Assembly: GCA_046045965.1 (NCBI GenBank)
Contig: JBJOKS010000014.1
Location: 32,001-96,000 of the forward strand
DNA from: Cyanobacteriota bacterium
GTDB taxonomy: Bacteria; Cyanobacteriota; Cyanobacteriia; Cyanobacteriales; Nostocaceae
Length of the DNA: 64,000 nt
Direction of reading: 5' to 3'
Shown: in pieces, positions 42,616 to 54,531 of the stretch
Layout of the letters: every line of letters starts with the position of its first letter
How positions within the stretch are numbered: position 1 is the first letter of the stretch
Made by a program: the position numbers and the translations under genes
The notes under the pieces: generated by a model
The model's input: the letters and a program-made list of their open reading frames with translations, nothing else
Database searches by the model: none
Told to the model about the DNA's origin: nothing

Positions 42616-45600
42616 CTAACTCGCTGGACAGTATTCTTGAATGACTTTCACATCCAAGGTTGTGTTTTGCAGGGAACGAATTGCAGCGACAGTGGCTTTA
42701 GCACCAGCGATGGTAGTGATGATAGGAATTTTGTAAGCTAAGGCTGTACGACGGATTAACCGCCCATCAGTATGGGCTTCTTCCCCAGAAGGTGTATTGA
42801 TGATAATTTGGATTTGTTGATTTTTGATGGCATCAAGAACATGAGGACGGCCTTCATGGAGTTTAAGTATTGACTCAATCTTTAAGCCTTGTTCCTGAAG
42901 GAATTGGCGTGTACCTTGGGTAGCGATGATGTTGAAACCCAGGTTGATAAATTCTTTCACCACATCTACGGCCAGGGATTTATCGCGATCGCTCATGGAA
43001 ACAAATACAGTACCCTGGAGAGGTAGCTTTTCTCCTGCACCCATTTCTGCTTTCGCAAAAGCACGACCAAAATCGCTATCAATTCCCATCACTTCCCCTG
43101 TTGAGCGCATTTCTGGTCCCAAGATCGTATCTGTACCAGGGAATTTACCAAAGGGTAAAACTGCTTCCTTCACCGCAATATGAGAGGGAATGACTTCTTG
43201 TGTAAAGTTCAACTCCTCTAAGGTTTTACCCGACATAATTAAGGATGCTAATTTTGCCAGTTGTACACCTGTAGCTTTAGAAACAAAAGGCACAGTGCGA
43301 GATGCTCTGGGGTTAGCTTCCAAAATGTAGACTTGGGGAGAATAACCATTTGCACCGACTACCGCAAATTGAATATTCATCAAACCCACAACAGACAGAG
43401 CTTGTGCTAGTTGGACTGTCCAAGTTCTAATTTGGTTGAGAACGGCTGGAGATAGGGAAATAGAAGGTAAGGAACAGGCCGAATCTCCTGAGTGAATACC
43501 CGCTTGTTCTATGTGTTCCATAATGCCACCAATCACGACTCTGCCAGTATGGTCAGCGATCGCATCCACATCAACTTCAATGGCATTTTCTAAGAACTTA
43601 TCAATTAAAATCGGGTGTTCCGGTTCTACCTGCACTGCAAAAGTCATGTAGCGTTCTAACTCAGCATCAGAATAGACGATTTCCATCGCTCTTCCCCCCA
43701 AAACATAGCTAGGACGCACCACCACAGGATAACCAATGCGTTTAGCAACAATTAAAGCATCTTCATAACTTCTGGCGATACCATTAGGCGGTTGAGCAAT
43801 ATTTAATTTGTTGAGAATCTTTTCAAATCGCTCCCGGTTTTCTGCCATGTCGATAGAATCGGGGGATGTACCCCAAATTTGGGTGATTGGGGACTGGGGA
43901 CTGGGGACTGGGGACTGGGATAATTGCTGTAGGTAGTGTTGTAATGGTACGGCTAATTTTAGGGGTGTTTGTCCACCGAACTGGACGATGATACCAACGG
44001 GGTTTTCGGTGTCGATGATATTGAGAACGTCTTCTTTGGTTAACGGTTCAAAATACAAGCGATCGCTGGTATCATAATCTGTAGAAACTGTTTCAGGATT
44101 AGAGTTAACCATGATTGTTTCATATCCTGCACCATGTAAAGCATAAGCAGCATGACAACAACAATAATCAAACTCAATTCCTTGACCAATGCGGTTTGGA
44201 CCTCCACCCAAAATCATCACCTTGGGTTTGGTGGTGGCTAAAACTTCCGTTTCTGCTTCGTAGGTGGAATAGTAATAAGGAGTCAGAGCTTCAAACTCAG
44301 CCGCGCAGGTATCCACAGTTTTGTAAACTGGAATCACGCCTAAATTTTTGCGGTATGCTCGGACTTCATCTTCGTTGGTTTTAGTAGCGTAGGCAATTTG
44401 GCGATCGCTAAACCCATCCCTTTTCACAGCATACATTTGCTCTTTTGTCAACTGTTTTAAGGGCGTGCGTTTCAGGAATTTCTCCACTTCTAGCAGTTGT
44501 TGTAATTTATCTAAAAACCACGGGTCAATAGCCGTTAGTTCATAGATTTCTTCATTACTCATTCCTAGTTGCATCGCATGACGCACTGCAAAGATACGTT
44601 CTGGGTTTGGTGTCCGCAATTGAGCGCGAATTTGTTCACCACTCGGTAATTTTTCGGCTTTGTCACAACCCCAACCAGCGCGACCGGTTTCTAGAGAACG
44701 CAAAGCTTTTTGGAAAGATTCGTTAAATGTCCTGCCAATGGCCATTGCTTCCCCAACAGACTTCATTTGGGTAGTGAGTACAGGTTCAGAACCAGGGAAT
44801 TTTTCAAACGCAAACCGGGGAATTTTTGTCACCACATAGTCAATAGTCGGTTCAAAGGAAGCGGGGGTTTTCTTGGTGATATCGTTTTGCAGTTCATTCA
44901 AGGTGTAACCCACAGCTAACTTAGCCGCTATTTTGGCAATAGGAAAACCTGTAGCTTTAGAAGAAAGGGCGGAACTGCGGGATACACGGGGGTTCATTTC
45001 AATGACGACTACATCCCCGTTGACGGGATTTACGGCAAACTGAATATTAGAACCGCCAGTTTCTACACCAATTTCGCGGATAATTTTAATCGCCATATCC
45101 CGCAACCGTTGATATTCTTTATCGGTGAGGGTTTGGGCGGGGGCGACGGTGATAGAATCGCCTGTGTGAATACCCATTGGGTCGAGGTTTTCGATGGAAC
45201 AGATAATAACAACGTTATCTGCTAAGTCACGCATGACTTCTAGTTCATATTCTTTCCAACCTAACAAAGATTGGTCAATGAGAATCTGCGACACGGGACT
45301 GGCATCAATCCCTACTTGTGCCATTTCTTCAAATTCTTCTTTGTTATAGGCTATACCGCCTCCTGTACCACCCATTGTAAAGGCTGGACGGATAATTAAG
45401 GGATATGTACCAATTCGCTGTGCGATCGCTTTCGACTCTTCTAAAGTTGAAGCTGTACCACTAGGACAAACTTTCACCCCAATTTTATCCATCGCTTCGT
45501 TAAACAGTTTCCGGTCTTCCGCTTTTTCAATCGCTGGTAATTTAGCACCAATTAACTCAACGTTATATTTATCCAAAACACCATTTTTCGCCAAAGCTAC

Positions 45601-45897
45601 AGCGAGGTTGAGGGCGGTTTGTCCTCCCATTGTTGGTAATAGGGCATCTGGTCGCTCTTTAGCGATGACTTTTTCTACTATTTCTGGTGTCAGCGGTTCG
45701 ATATAGGTGCGGTCTGCTGTTTCTGGATCGGTCATGATCGTGGCTGGGTTAGAATTGACCAACACCACTTCATAGCCTTCTTCTCGTAAGGCTTTACAGG
45801 CTTGAGTTCCAGAATAATCAAATTCACAGGCTTGGCCAATTACAATTGGACCTGAACCTAACAGAAGAATTTTTCGGATATCTTGGCGACGAGGCAT
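42616..45897 (-). CDS. carB: Carbamoyl-phosphate synthase large subunit
   Basis: [17 protein letters not shown], duplicated ATP-grasp halves and MGS domain. Confidence 0.98.
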   Translation of the reverse strand: MPRRQDIRKILLLGSGPIVIGQACEFDYSGTQACKALREEGYEVVLVNSNPATIMTDPETADRTYIEPLTPEIVEKVIAKERPDALLPTMGGQTALNLAVALAKNGVLDKYNVELIGAKLPAIEKAEDRKLFNEAMDKIGVKVCPSGTASTLEESKAIAQRIGTYPLIIRPAFTMGGTGGGIAYNKEEFEEMAQVGIDASPVSQILIDQSLLGWKEYELEVMRDLADNVVIICSIENLDPMGIHTGDSITVAPAQTLTDKEYQRLRDMAIKIIREIGVETGGSNIQFAVNPVNGDVVVIEMNPRVSRSSALSSKATGFPIAKIAAKLAVGYTLNELQNDITKKTPASFEPTIDYVVTKIPRFAFEKFPGSEPVLTTQMKSVGEAMAIGRTFNESFQKALRSLETGRAGWGCDKAEKLPSGEQIRAQLRTPNPERIFAVRHAMQLGMSNEEIYELTAIDPWFLDKLQQLLEVEKFLKRTPLKQLTKEQMYAVKRDGFSDRQIAYATKTNEDEVRAYRKNLGVIPVYKTVDTCAAEFEALTPYYYSTYEAETEVLATTKPKVMILGGGPNRIGQGIEFDYCCCHAAYALHGAGYETIMVNSNPETVSTDYDTSDRLYFEPLTKEDVLNIIDTENPVGIIVQFGGQTPLKLAVPLQHYLQQLSQSPVPSPQSPITQIWGTSPDSIDMAENRERFEKILNKLNIAQPPNGIARSYEDALIVAKRIGYPVVVRPSYVLGGRAMEIVYSDAELERYMTFAVQVEPEHPILIDKFLENAIEVDVDAIADHTGRVVIGGIMEHIEQAGIHSGDSACSLPSISLSPAVLNQIRTWTVQLAQALSVVGLMNIQFAVVGANGYSPQVYILEANPRASRTVPFVSKATGVQLAKLASLIMSGKTLEELNFTQEVIPSHIAVKEAVLPFGKFPGTDTILGPEMRSTGEVMGIDSDFGRAFAKAEMGAGEKLPLQGTVFVSMSDRDKSLAVDVVKEFINLGFNIIATQGTRQFLQEQGLKIESILKLHEGRPHVLDAIKNQQIQIIINTPSGEEAHTDGRLIRRTALAYKIPIITTIAGAKATVAAIRSLQNTTLDVKVIQEYCPAS

Positions 45898-46173
45898 AGT
45901 TTTTACCTTGAAGTATAAGAATACAAATCTTGACTATTTTAAGGGTCTTTAACCCTAGTCCTTATATTTATTATTAAGTTTTCTTGGTTCCTATGGCTGG
46001 TTAGGGTGTATAAGGTTTTTCCTGCTGTAGAGTGCGTTGGATTTTCTCCAGGACTGAGGTTACGCAAAGGAAGCAGAGAACACTGAAAAGCAAGAGTTTC
46101 AGAGAATTTTTACATATCCTCTAATCTCTACCAATCGCTATATAGGGTTAGCATTGCTCAACCCCTACACACC

Positions 46174-46309
46174 CAATACTTTTCGGTTAAGCCCAAAAAA
46201 TATAATGATGTAGGTTGGGTTGACGATAGGAAACCCAACATTTACAAGGGTTTGTTGGGTTTCACTTTGTTCAACCCAACCTACGAAAACTCTTAACTGA
46301 ACAGTATTG
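46174..46309. mobile_element. Nezha-like MITE with 10-bp target-site duplication
   Basis: Ends CAATACTTTTCGGTTAAG / CTTAACTGAACAGTATTG; CCTACACACC duplicated at 46164-46173 and 46310-46319. Confidence 0.9.
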
Positions 46310-46779
46310 CCTACACACCGCTGCTGTATAAGTTGGTAATTTAGTAAGTTGACAAATTTTCCTGATTGATTTTTACTCAAACGAAAGTTTATTTAATTCT
46401 CATCAGATTATATCCCCAAGCTTTGGGAAAATATTTATATTTATATTTATATCTATTTCTATTTAATGATTTTTTTAAATAAAATTAATTGTCAACAAGA
46501 AGTTGTTAGCGGTGTATTCATATCTCTATCAAAAGATAAAATCAGATATTTCTTGGTTGTATTGAAATTAATTTTCAATTTTTAATTTTTAATGATAAAT
46601 ACTTTTATTAGATAAATATTCCCAATATTTAGATCAAAGTAAATGCTTTCCATTGCGTGATATTAAAAATGGCAGACAGGCATAAATTTACCTATCTGCC
46701 AAATTTTTATCCTGTTTTCTAATCTACAGTGCTAAATTTTGCATCAGTCTAAATGCAGAAATTTAAGATGAGGTTAAAT

Positions 46780-47334
46780 TTAGTTTGCAGCAGGTTGAAC
46801 AAAACCCAAGGTTAAACTATCCTTAGCTAAGAAGTGAGCTAAATGGTAAGCTCTTTCTTCTGTCTTTAACAGGATTTTTTCGTAGAGATATCTTGTACCT
46901 CTGTCTCCCAAACTCTCAGCCTGAGAGGCTTGACGGCGAATCACACCAATAATTGCTTGTTCTGCCACTAGGTCATTTTCTACCATCTTCCGGGAAGAAA
47001 ATGTACCATCTACTTCTGGTTCAAAGCAGCATAATTCGGCTAATTTGCTAAATGAAGCAGCAGGAACACCACCCAAGCCATTTAAACGTTCACCGATTTC
47101 ATGGATGTGATCTTGAACTTCTTCGTAACTTTCTTTAAAAAATTCATGCAGTGAATAAAATTCTGCACCTTCAACTACAAAATGGTGTTTTTGGTACTGC
47201 AAGTACAGAGCTTGGAAACTAGCTAATACAACATTGAATCCTTCTACTACTGGCGTGGTAACACTGCGATCCAGTAATACAGGATTGTCATATACTTGAC
47301 CAAAGTTTTGTAATAGAGTTTGAGTATCAGACAT
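46780..47334 (-). CDS. dps: Dps family ferritin-like protein
   Basis: [18 protein letters not shown] and HEIGERL. Confidence 0.92.
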   Translation of the reverse strand: MSDTQTLLQNFGQVYDNPVLLDRSVTTPVVEGFNVVLASFQALYLQYQKHHFVVEGAEFYSLHEFFKESYEEVQDHIHEIGERLNGLGGVPAASFSKLAELCCFEPEVDGTFSSRKMVENDLVAEQAIIGVIRRQASQAESLGDRGTRYLYEKILLKTEERAYHLAHFLAKDSLTLGFVQPAAN

Positions 47335-47579
47335 TGTTCTCCTCGCTTTTTAGCAGTTAGATTTTTTAACCGCTGAATCTTTTATATCTTAACATTAAAA
47401 AAAATTAATGCCAGTCTATTAAATATGACAGAATTTCTGATTTTTAAAGGCTATAAGTATTCGTTTTTCTTCTATGTCTAGTTAATTTATTTCTATTTGT
47501 CTCATCTCGTTCTTGACTTAAGTAACAAAATATGATTAGGCACTGAAAAAAGTTTCCTGCAAATTTTTTGCAAATTTAA

Positions 47580-47594
47580 TGACAATAATTTGCA
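47580..47594. promoter_or_regulatory. Putative Fur box
   Basis: TGACAAT-A-ATTTGCA matches the 7-1-7 consensus TGATAAT-N-ATTATCA at 11/14; lies between dps and Fe-S-related genes. Confidence 0.45.
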
Positions 47595-47655
47595 CTTACG
47601 CTATTCTTATTTATGAGGGTCAACTCCGACAAACTCCCAAACACAGGGAGTAACT

Positions 47656-47946
47656 TTGTCGTGGTTACTGCAAGTTTGTTGCACTTTAAGGGTAATTCGC
47701 TTGAAATCTTTTAGTTCAGAAGCAGAAATAAAGCACATTGTAGAAGTGAACTGGTCAGACCGTTGGCAAGTTTATCAGCGTTTAAATGAATTAAATATTC
47801 CTTGTCGTTGTGAAACAAACCAACCATTGCAAGTAGAAATTGCCAACCCACAGGTAGCTGTACAGCTTTGGAGTGTGGTGAGACAATTTAAAGCTTCTCG
47901 TCAAGATTTAATTTTTACTCTTGAAAATTCTTGGCAGATGCGCTAA
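47656..47946 (+). CDS. Asr1405/Asl0597 family protein (start uncertain)
   Basis: DRWQVYQRL.EL.IPC.C and QLWSV motifs. Confidence 0.75.
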   Translation: MSWLLQVCCTLRVIRLKSFSSEAEIKHIVEVNWSDRWQVYQRLNELNIPCRCETNQPLQVEIANPQVAVQLWSVVRQFKASRQDLIFTLENSWQMR

Positions 47947-47998
47947 CAATTTGTTTAATGCCTTAATAAATTGTGTTGTTTAAAAATAGGTCAAAAAA

Positions 47999-48607
47999 AT
48001 GAGTGTATTCTACAGTAATGAAGTGACGGAATTTTGCCTTGAGGGTAGATTTTTAGATTTTGTGATTAAAGACGGTTATAAGTTAAAAGGCTTTTTATTA
48101 GCGACTTCTGAGGGTGAATGCTATGTAAAACTAGCCAAACATTTACGAGTAGCTTTTGATTTGCGTCTACCACGTGGAACTTGGTTGCAAGTTGTCGGCA
48201 CTAAAAAGTATGATTCTAAACATGATCAAGTAATGCTAAAAGCTGAACGGGTAATGGCTGCAAGTTCTCAGCGGGAAATAGTTTCACCATCACCATCTTT
48301 AAATAAACCTCAAGCTAAACCAGCGAAGACGCAAACTATATTAATGTGTCAAAAATCTGATTGTATGAAGCGTGGTGGTAAGGCTTTGTGTCAGGCTTTA
48401 GAATCTGAGTTGAGCGATCGCGGTTTACAGGATACAGTTAATATTAAAGGTACTGGTTGCATGAAAAATTGTAAAGCTGGACCTAATTTAGTTATGCCAG
48501 ATAAAACTCGTTATACAAAGGTTAAACCTGAACAAATTTCTATTTTGGTAGATAAGCATTTTGGAAAGGATGTGGAAATAGAAAAACGGCAATTTATAGA
48601 AGTTTAG
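47999..48607 (+). CDS. Thioredoxin-like (2Fe-2S) ferredoxin domain protein
   Basis: CQKSDC...GCMKNCKAGPN. Confidence 0.85.
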   Translation: MSVFYSNEVTEFCLEGRFLDFVIKDGYKLKGFLLATSEGECYVKLAKHLRVAFDLRLPRGTWLQVVGTKKYDSKHDQVMLKAERVMAASSQREIVSPSPSLNKPQAKPAKTQTILMCQKSDCMKRGGKALCQALESELSDRGLQDTVNIKGTGCMKNCKAGPNLVMPDKTRYTKVKPEQISILVDKHFGKDVEIEKRQFIEV

Positions 48608-48609
48608 CG

Positions 48610-49000
48610 TTGTCAGAATCAGGATATCCAGGATTTAAGGATTTACAGGATTTAATTATTTGTCAGAATCAGGATTTACAGGATTTGAGGATTTTCAGGA
48701 TGTTTGATTTTCTTTCATTGATGATGATTTTTGGCATTTAATTATTTATCTGAAAGAAGAAAAATTTTTTCAAAAATCCTGTCAATTTTAGATTTTTTTA
48801 AGAAAAGCAAGAAAATACAATTAAATAAAAAATGATATCATCAGATTATCAAATCAGAAAATAATAGTATTCAAATAACATCCTGAAAATCCTCAAATCC
48901 CGGACATCCTGATTCAGACAAATAATCTGACAAATAAAAATATTAACTTCCCATCTACATCCCTGTAAATCCTCAACTCCTAAAAATCTAATTCTGACAA
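48610..49000. repeat. Composite inverted repeat between convergent genes
   Basis: Two TTGTCAGAATCAGGAT...AGGATTT units at 48610-48705 face two reverse-complement units at ~48878-49000. Confidence 0.7.
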
Positions 49001-49001
49001 C

Positions 49002-50372
49002 TTACTCCCCTTTCAATTTCAAAGCTTCAGTCGTTGACATCCCCTCACTCTGAAGACCAAAATATGATAAAGCTGCACCAGCTTCCGCACGAGTCACCGC
49101 TTTTTTAGGTTGAAAAAGTGTCGTATATCCAAAAACTCTTCTAATATTTGATTGTTCTGCATTTTGAAAATCAGCTAAAATTGCTCTTAATGCTTTGGGG
49201 TCAATTTTTTCTGTATCTTGAAAACCCCAAGTTTGTTTGACAGCTTCTAAATTAGCCGCAGGTAAAGCTTGACGAGTATCTAAAGGAACTTTCCACATTA
49301 ACAGATTTTCCCTTGTTAAAGGTGCATCAGGACGAAATAAAACTGCTGTTGCATCTCCAGATAAACTACTAGGAATTAATCCCGCTTCTGCTAATCCTTG
49401 AATTGCTGGAAAATCAGGATCATTAGGTAAAACATCTCTAAAAGCTGGTTGTGTATTTGTTGAAGCCAAGCGAATTTTTTTAGCTGTATTATTAGCATAC
49501 ATGACATTATTCGCAGCAACTAACCAGCGAGCATATTCTCTACGAGTAACGATTTTATCAGGTTCAAATTGTTGATTATTTGTTGCGGGAGAATTACTCT
49601 TAATTGGCTTTGATTCTATTGATAAAACCCCCAATTTACCTAAATCTTCAATCTGTTTCCGCCATTCTGGTGGTACTTTATTCAAATCACTAAATTCTTG
49701 AGATTCTGATATTTCAACTCCACTATTCTGCTGATTGACGACATTAACACTGGGTGAAACTGGTCCAACAAATTGGTCATTTCCTGGGGGGGAAACTGTG
49801 CCAGAATTTGTATTTAAGTTAGGTTTAGTTGCGGCAATACTATTAGGTGTATATTCAATTGTTAATTCTGTGGCTGTTTGCGGTTGATCTGGTGTCGGGT
49901 TAGTAACTGATTTTGGTTTAATTTCTACTTTCAACAACAAATCATTTCTCTTAACTTCAAAAGTTCCTTCTGTATCATCTTTTGGTTGTTGTAAAACTTG
50001 CCAATTCTGATTTTTAAATTCGCTACTGTAAAAACTGGCAATCATATTGCTGGGGTCAGAACTTTGCCAACGAGTTAAAATTTTATTTTCTGTTGTATTT
50101 TCTGAATTGTTAACTGGTTGAACTTCTGCTAATTTGGCATTGGGATATATAGGAATTTCTTTAGGAAACTCAGCAGGTAACTGAACTGTAGGTGCAGTTG
50201 ATATTTCTGGCTTCTTGGTTGCACCAAAAACCGTAGGGTTGCTTTGCAGTCTGGGATCTGCCGCTAAAGACTGTTCTAGATTTTTAGCGGCTGGTCCGTT
50301 AGTACAGGCTGTTAAGGTAGAGAGCAAAACAGCCATACTGAGAAAGATAGTTGGACGTTTATAAAACACCAC
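49002..50372 (-). CDS. S-layer homology domain lipoprotein
   Basis: LTAC lipobox; FSDL, FEPD..VTRREYA and FRPDAPLTRE SLH motifs. Confidence 0.88.
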   Translation of the reverse strand: MVFYKRPTIFLSMAVLLSTLTACTNGPAAKNLEQSLAADPRLQSNPTVFGATKKPEISTAPTVQLPAEFPKEIPIYPNAKLAEVQPVNNSENTTENKILTRWQSSDPSNMIASFYSSEFKNQNWQVLQQPKDDTEGTFEVKRNDLLLKVEIKPKSVTNPTPDQPQTATELTIEYTPNSIAATKPNLNTNSGTVSPPGNDQFVGPVSPSVNVVNQQNSGVEISESQEFSDLNKVPPEWRKQIEDLGKLGVLSIESKPIKSNSPATNNQQFEPDKIVTRREYARWLVAANNVMYANNTAKKIRLASTNTQPAFRDVLPNDPDFPAIQGLAEAGLIPSSLSGDATAVLFRPDAPLTRENLLMWKVPLDTRQALPAANLEAVKQTWGFQDTEKIDPKALRAILADFQNAEQSNIRRVFGYTTLFQPKKAVTRAEAGAALSYFGLQSEGMSTTEALKLKGE

Positions 50373-50481
50373 AGGAAATTACAAATCTATTTATTATCAA
50401 CTTCTACACTAGCATTTGGGTTAACAGTTATGAGTTGTCATTAGGTTATTAATCGTCCCCTACCCTCTTCCCAGTCCCCAA

Positions 50482-51149
50482 TTACCTCTTGGAAAAGTTA
50501 TCATCAATCATCTTCAGTGCTAAACTAGGAGTAAAATCTCCTTTAACCTCACCCACAGAGGCAAAAGGATAACGCTCAATAATACTGGGTTGCAATTGAT
50601 TCTCTATAGTATTCCACTGACGACGGTAAGCTGAATCAGGTAACACTCGAAACATTCCCGTGTTACGCAGTTGCCAAAACTGAGCGTAGATTTGTTTTTC
50701 TTGGGAATTAATGTCGTAAGCAATGGGGAGAACTTCAATAATTCCTGGTCAGAAGCATACAAAGAGCAGTAAATTTGTAATTGAGAATCAGTTAACTGCA
50801 CAGGTAAAGCATACTGTTGGGATAATTCTCCTTTTGCGGTACACAAAGTTTTAGGGCTTGGGTACTGACGTTTGAGAAAAATTGCTACAGAATGGTTATG
50901 AACAGTTAATTACCCCCTAACGAATCTCATTTTGTTGGGGTCTAGGCTGCTCAATATTTGCTCAAGTCGAGCAATTCCATAAATCTGCTGCTGTACTAGC
51001 CCCATGCCTTTTGGATAAAATATATTGTCTTCTCCAGACTCAGGACTTTAACTCAGGTCTGGTGGCGACTGATATTCTATAGCTAAGGCACAGTTGGGAG
51101 CAAAACCTAGTGTTAAAGGAAGCAAAAGTCCCAAAAAGATTTTTCTCAT
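50482..51149 (-). pseudogene. Disrupted gene for a secreted protein
   Basis: MRKIFLGLLLPLTLGFAPNCALA signal peptide; in-frame TAA at 51050 and 50912; apparent frameshift near 50750. Confidence 0.65.
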
Positions 51150-51267
51150 GTCAAAAACGCCGATCTGAATAGGTGTATGAAAAATCTAAAATAGATATTA
51201 AATTGGAAGAAAACAACGACCATCGACAACCGTCAGTTTATTTGACTTTCTGTAAAGCGTCGCCAGG

Positions 51268-52482
51268 TTGTTACCAGTGCTGAAACAAGATTACATGCAA
51301 GTTTCCCAGGATCAGCCTATCTATTCTGAGGCTCCACTCCAGCTGTTGCTGTTTGTCGATGGACGGCCAAAGTCCCGGCAACAGGTACAGCGAATACGCT
51401 CTTACTTAAGAGAATTAGAAGCAGAGTATAGTTTTGAACTGCAAATTATTGATGTCGGGCAACAACCGTATTTAGCGGAACATTTTAAATTGGTAGCAAC
51501 GCCCGCTTTAATCAAAATTCATCCAGAACCTCAACAGACTCTGGCTGGAAGTAACATCATAGCCCAATTGCAAAACTGGTGGCCTCGTTGGCAAACTGCT
51601 GTAGACTTATTTTTAAAGTTACAGGAAGACTTGCAAGATCGTAGAGATGAAAATGTTCGGGTAACATCACCCACATCTACAATACATTCTGTCGCTGTTT
51701 CTGCGGAGTTGATTAAGCTTTCAGATGAAATTTTTCACTTGAAGCAGGAAAAAGAGAAACTTCAAGAACAGTTGCAATTTAAAGACCGGGTGATGTCAAT
51801 GCTGGCGCACGACCTCCGTAATCCTTTAACTGCTGCTGCAATAGCTATAGAAACGCTTCAGAATAACTATAATGCAGAGAAGGGAGAGTTTCAACGTCTG
51901 AAACCAGGAATGGCGGAACATTTATTAAAACAAGCCCGTAGTCAAACACGAATAATTGATCGGATGGTTGCTGACCTGTTGCAAGTAGGAAGAGGTAATG
52001 ATAAACAGTTCAACATCATACCGCAAAAGTTGGAATTAGGGAAACTAACCTATGAAATATTGGAAGAATTACGCGATCGCTATACTAATAAATCTCAGAA
52101 AGTAGAAACAGATATCCCCAATGACTTACCCTGTGTATATGCAGATCCAGAGCGCATTCGCCAAGTTTTGGTAAATCTGTTGGATAACGCCATTAAATAT
52201 ACGCCAGAGGGAGGCATGATTAGTTTAGCGGGACTGCACCGCACAACCCAAAAAGTGCAGTTTAGTATTGGTGATACTGGTCCTGGTATTCCCCAGGAAA
52301 ACCGCGATCGCATCTTTGAAAATCATTTCCGTCTCCAACGGGATGAAGGAACAGATGGTTATGGAATTGGTCTGGCTTTATGCCAACGCATTATTCTAGC
52401 GCATTATGGTCAAATTTGGGTAGATTCCAACCCTCATGGTGGCGCATGGTTCCATTTTACTTTACCAGTTTATCCATCTTAA
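51268..52482 (+). CDS. sasA: Circadian output histidine kinase SasA
   Basis: N-terminal KaiB-like domain ([14 protein letters not shown]), AHDLRNPL and HATPase motifs. Confidence 0.92.
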   Translation: MLPVLKQDYMQVSQDQPIYSEAPLQLLLFVDGRPKSRQQVQRIRSYLRELEAEYSFELQIIDVGQQPYLAEHFKLVATPALIKIHPEPQQTLAGSNIIAQLQNWWPRWQTAVDLFLKLQEDLQDRRDENVRVTSPTSTIHSVAVSAELIKLSDEIFHLKQEKEKLQEQLQFKDRVMSMLAHDLRNPLTAAAIAIETLQNNYNAEKGEFQRLKPGMAEHLLKQARSQTRIIDRMVADLLQVGRGNDKQFNIIPQKLELGKLTYEILEELRDRYTNKSQKVETDIPNDLPCVYADPERIRQVLVNLLDNAIKYTPEGGMISLAGLHRTTQKVQFSIGDTGPGIPQENRDRIFENHFRLQRDEGTDGYGIGLALCQRIILAHYGQIWVDSNPHGGAWFHFTLPVYPS

Positions 52483-52487
52483 TTATT

Positions 52488-52520
<33 letters not shown>

Positions 52521-52573
52521 TTTTTATTTCGCAATTACCAATTACCAATTACCAATTACCAATTACCTAAAAA

Positions 52574-52834
52574 ATGCCACATTCATTAATGTATGAACAG
52601 GACAACTTTGTTGTTCTCGAAACAAACCAAGAAGAACAGTTTCTCACAGCAGCAGAGTTATTAGAAAAGTTGAAAAATACTTTACAGCAACTTGCTTTTG
52701 ATGACTTACCACCTGATGTCCAGAAATTTCAGTCAGTCACAGAACAAGCACAATATTTAATTGATACCAGTTGTGAGTTAGATGTTGGACGAGGAAAGTA
52801 TTTACAGTGGTATGCAGTGCGATTAGAAAAGTGA
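52574..52834 (+). CDS. Chlororespiratory reduction 7 (CRR7) family protein
   Basis: FVVLE...EEQFLT and YLQWYAVRLEK. Confidence 0.85.
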   Translation: MPHSLMYEQDNFVVLETNQEEQFLTAAELLEKLKNTLQQLAFDDLPPDVQKFQSVTEQAQYLIDTSCELDVGRGKYLQWYAVRLEK

Positions 52835-52912
52835 TTGGGGATTGGGGATTGGGGATTGGGAAAAATATTACCCATTACCCATTACCCATTACCCATTACC
52901 CATTACCAAAAA

Positions 52913-53461
52913 CTACTGTGGGGTAGTAATTAACTCCAGTTCAATTTTATTTTCACCAGGTTGGGTAATTTTCACCTCAACATTAGGGGCAAAGTATTTA
53001 GTCATTTTCTCCTGTTTTTGTTGCCAAATATCGAGAGGAATAAGAGGCGAATCAAATTCTAAAATTAAAGAATAAGCACCGTTAATCTCTGTTTCTCTCA
53101 AACCAGTCACTATTGGACGTTCTTCATCGCTAGGACTCAGACCCAAGTAAGTCAGCGCCCGATCTAAGTGACCCTCTTGTCCGTAGCAGAAGCGGGTGAT
53201 GTCCTTGCGGATTTTATTTTGAGTTACAGTAGCTTGCTGTTTCCTGAGTGCCAATACTGATTCTGTGGTAGTTTGACTAAAGGGTATAGGTTTGAGTTCA
53301 TTAGCTTTGAGTGCTAGACCTCCTAGCAATAGAGGAAAGCCATAAAAAAAGCCGACCAAGTTGAGAGTCGCGTTATCCGCAGCATAGGCCACGAAGCCGA
53401 CAATGGTTAATATACTACCCAGGGTTAAACCGAGTGTTCCCAAAGAAATGATGCCCAGCAT
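52913..53461 (-). CDS. DUF2854 family protein
   Basis: FFYGFPLLLGGLALK.ELKP and IRKDITRFCYGQE.HL. Confidence 0.85.
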   Translation of the reverse strand: MLGIISLGTLGLTLGSILTIVGFVAYAADNATLNLVGFFYGFPLLLGGLALKANELKPIPFSQTTTESVLALRKQQATVTQNKIRKDITRFCYGQEGHLDRALTYLGLSPSDEERPIVTGLRETEINGAYSLILEFDSPLIPLDIWQQKQEKMTKYFAPNVEVKITQPGENKIELELITTPQ

Positions 53462-53603
53462 GATTTAAGGTATTTATTATTTCTTAACATCTTACCCATA
53501 TCCCCGACTTCTTTGAGAAGTTAAGTCTATCTATTCTGATTGATCAGCTTCAGTCCATTTTGCGTTAAGTTTATTTAAGAACAGGAAATATAGAAATAAA
53601 ACA

Positions 53604-53786
53604 ATGGATCTGCAAACAATCAAAGAAAGAATTGCCTCAGTCCAAAGTAAACGTGAATACCTACTGAGTCTACTGGAACAACCCAATTTAGGCACTTTGA
53701 GAGTTGACGTAAATCAAGCTTTGGAAGAATTAGATGATTTAATTGATGAGTTTAGACGCACCATACCAGAAGCAGAAGCTAATTAA
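53604..53786 (+). CDS. Small hypothetical protein
   Basis: 60 aa, amphipathic helical; LGTLRVDVNQALEELDDLI. Confidence 0.7.
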   Translation: MDLQTIKERIASVQSKREYLLSLLEQPNLGTLRVDVNQALEELDDLIDEFRRTIPEAEAN

Positions 53787-53875
53787 GCGAGAATAAAGAA
53801 TAAATTAATAATAAAATATACGTCGGCAACTGTATTTTTACGCAAAAGCCGACGCTTTTTGTTAAATGTAGAATT

Positions 53876-54304
53876 TCAGCCTACAGTTGAATTGTTAGCA
53901 GCACGCTGGCCTAGCTGTCTTACTAAAGCGATGAGTTCAGTGGTCGGTGCATCTTTTTTGCAAACGTCATCAAAGGTAGACATTGCCTTGGTTTGCTGTA
54001 AATGTGCATCATCTACTGAGGAATAAGCCAGAATTTGAGTATTTGGAGATATGGATTTAATATAACCGGAAGCGCGCCAACCATCCATAACTGGCATATG
54101 TAAATCTAGCACAATTACGTCAGGGTGGGAACATTTGACCATTTCTATAGCTTCTTGACCATTACTAGCTAAACCTACAACTTGCATATTCTCTTGGCAA
54201 GAAAAAGCTAATTGTAGGCTTAAACGAGTTAGTTCGTGATCATCAACCAATAGAACGCGCAAGCAAGAAGACTCAAAGGACAACATTACCATTCCCGGAA
54301 ACAC
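53876..54304 (-). CDS. Single-domain response regulator
   Basis: LLVDDH and DVIVLDLHMPVMDG. Confidence 0.88.
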   Translation of the reverse strand: MFPGMVMLSFESSCLRVLLVDDHELTRLSLQLAFSCQENMQVVGLASNGQEAIEMVKCSHPDVIVLDLHMPVMDGWRASGYIKSISPNTQILAYSSVDDAHLQQTKAMSTFDDVCKKDAPTTELIALVRQLGQRAANNSTVG

Positions 54305-54531
54305 AAAATTATATACAAGAGTTTCTATAGTGTATGGGAGTGAGTGCCAATCTTGACTCTATCTTACGGTTGAATAAATGGCGTTTTTAGATGAAGTAAT
54401 CATGAAGTAATGGGCAAAAATGTCAGAATTCAGAATTCAGAATTCAGGAGTCAGGAGTCAGAATTAATTTTTCACACCCTGTTCCCTGTTCCCTATTCCC
54501 TGTTCCCTGTTCCCTGTTCCCTATTCCCTGT

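Noticed and set aside
42466..42741. ORFs with YPLPITH, GNREQGT or QESGVRS repeats (also 16434, 20355, 52842, 54444, 56810)
   Set aside because: Translations of STRR heptamer tracts, mostly overlapping real genes
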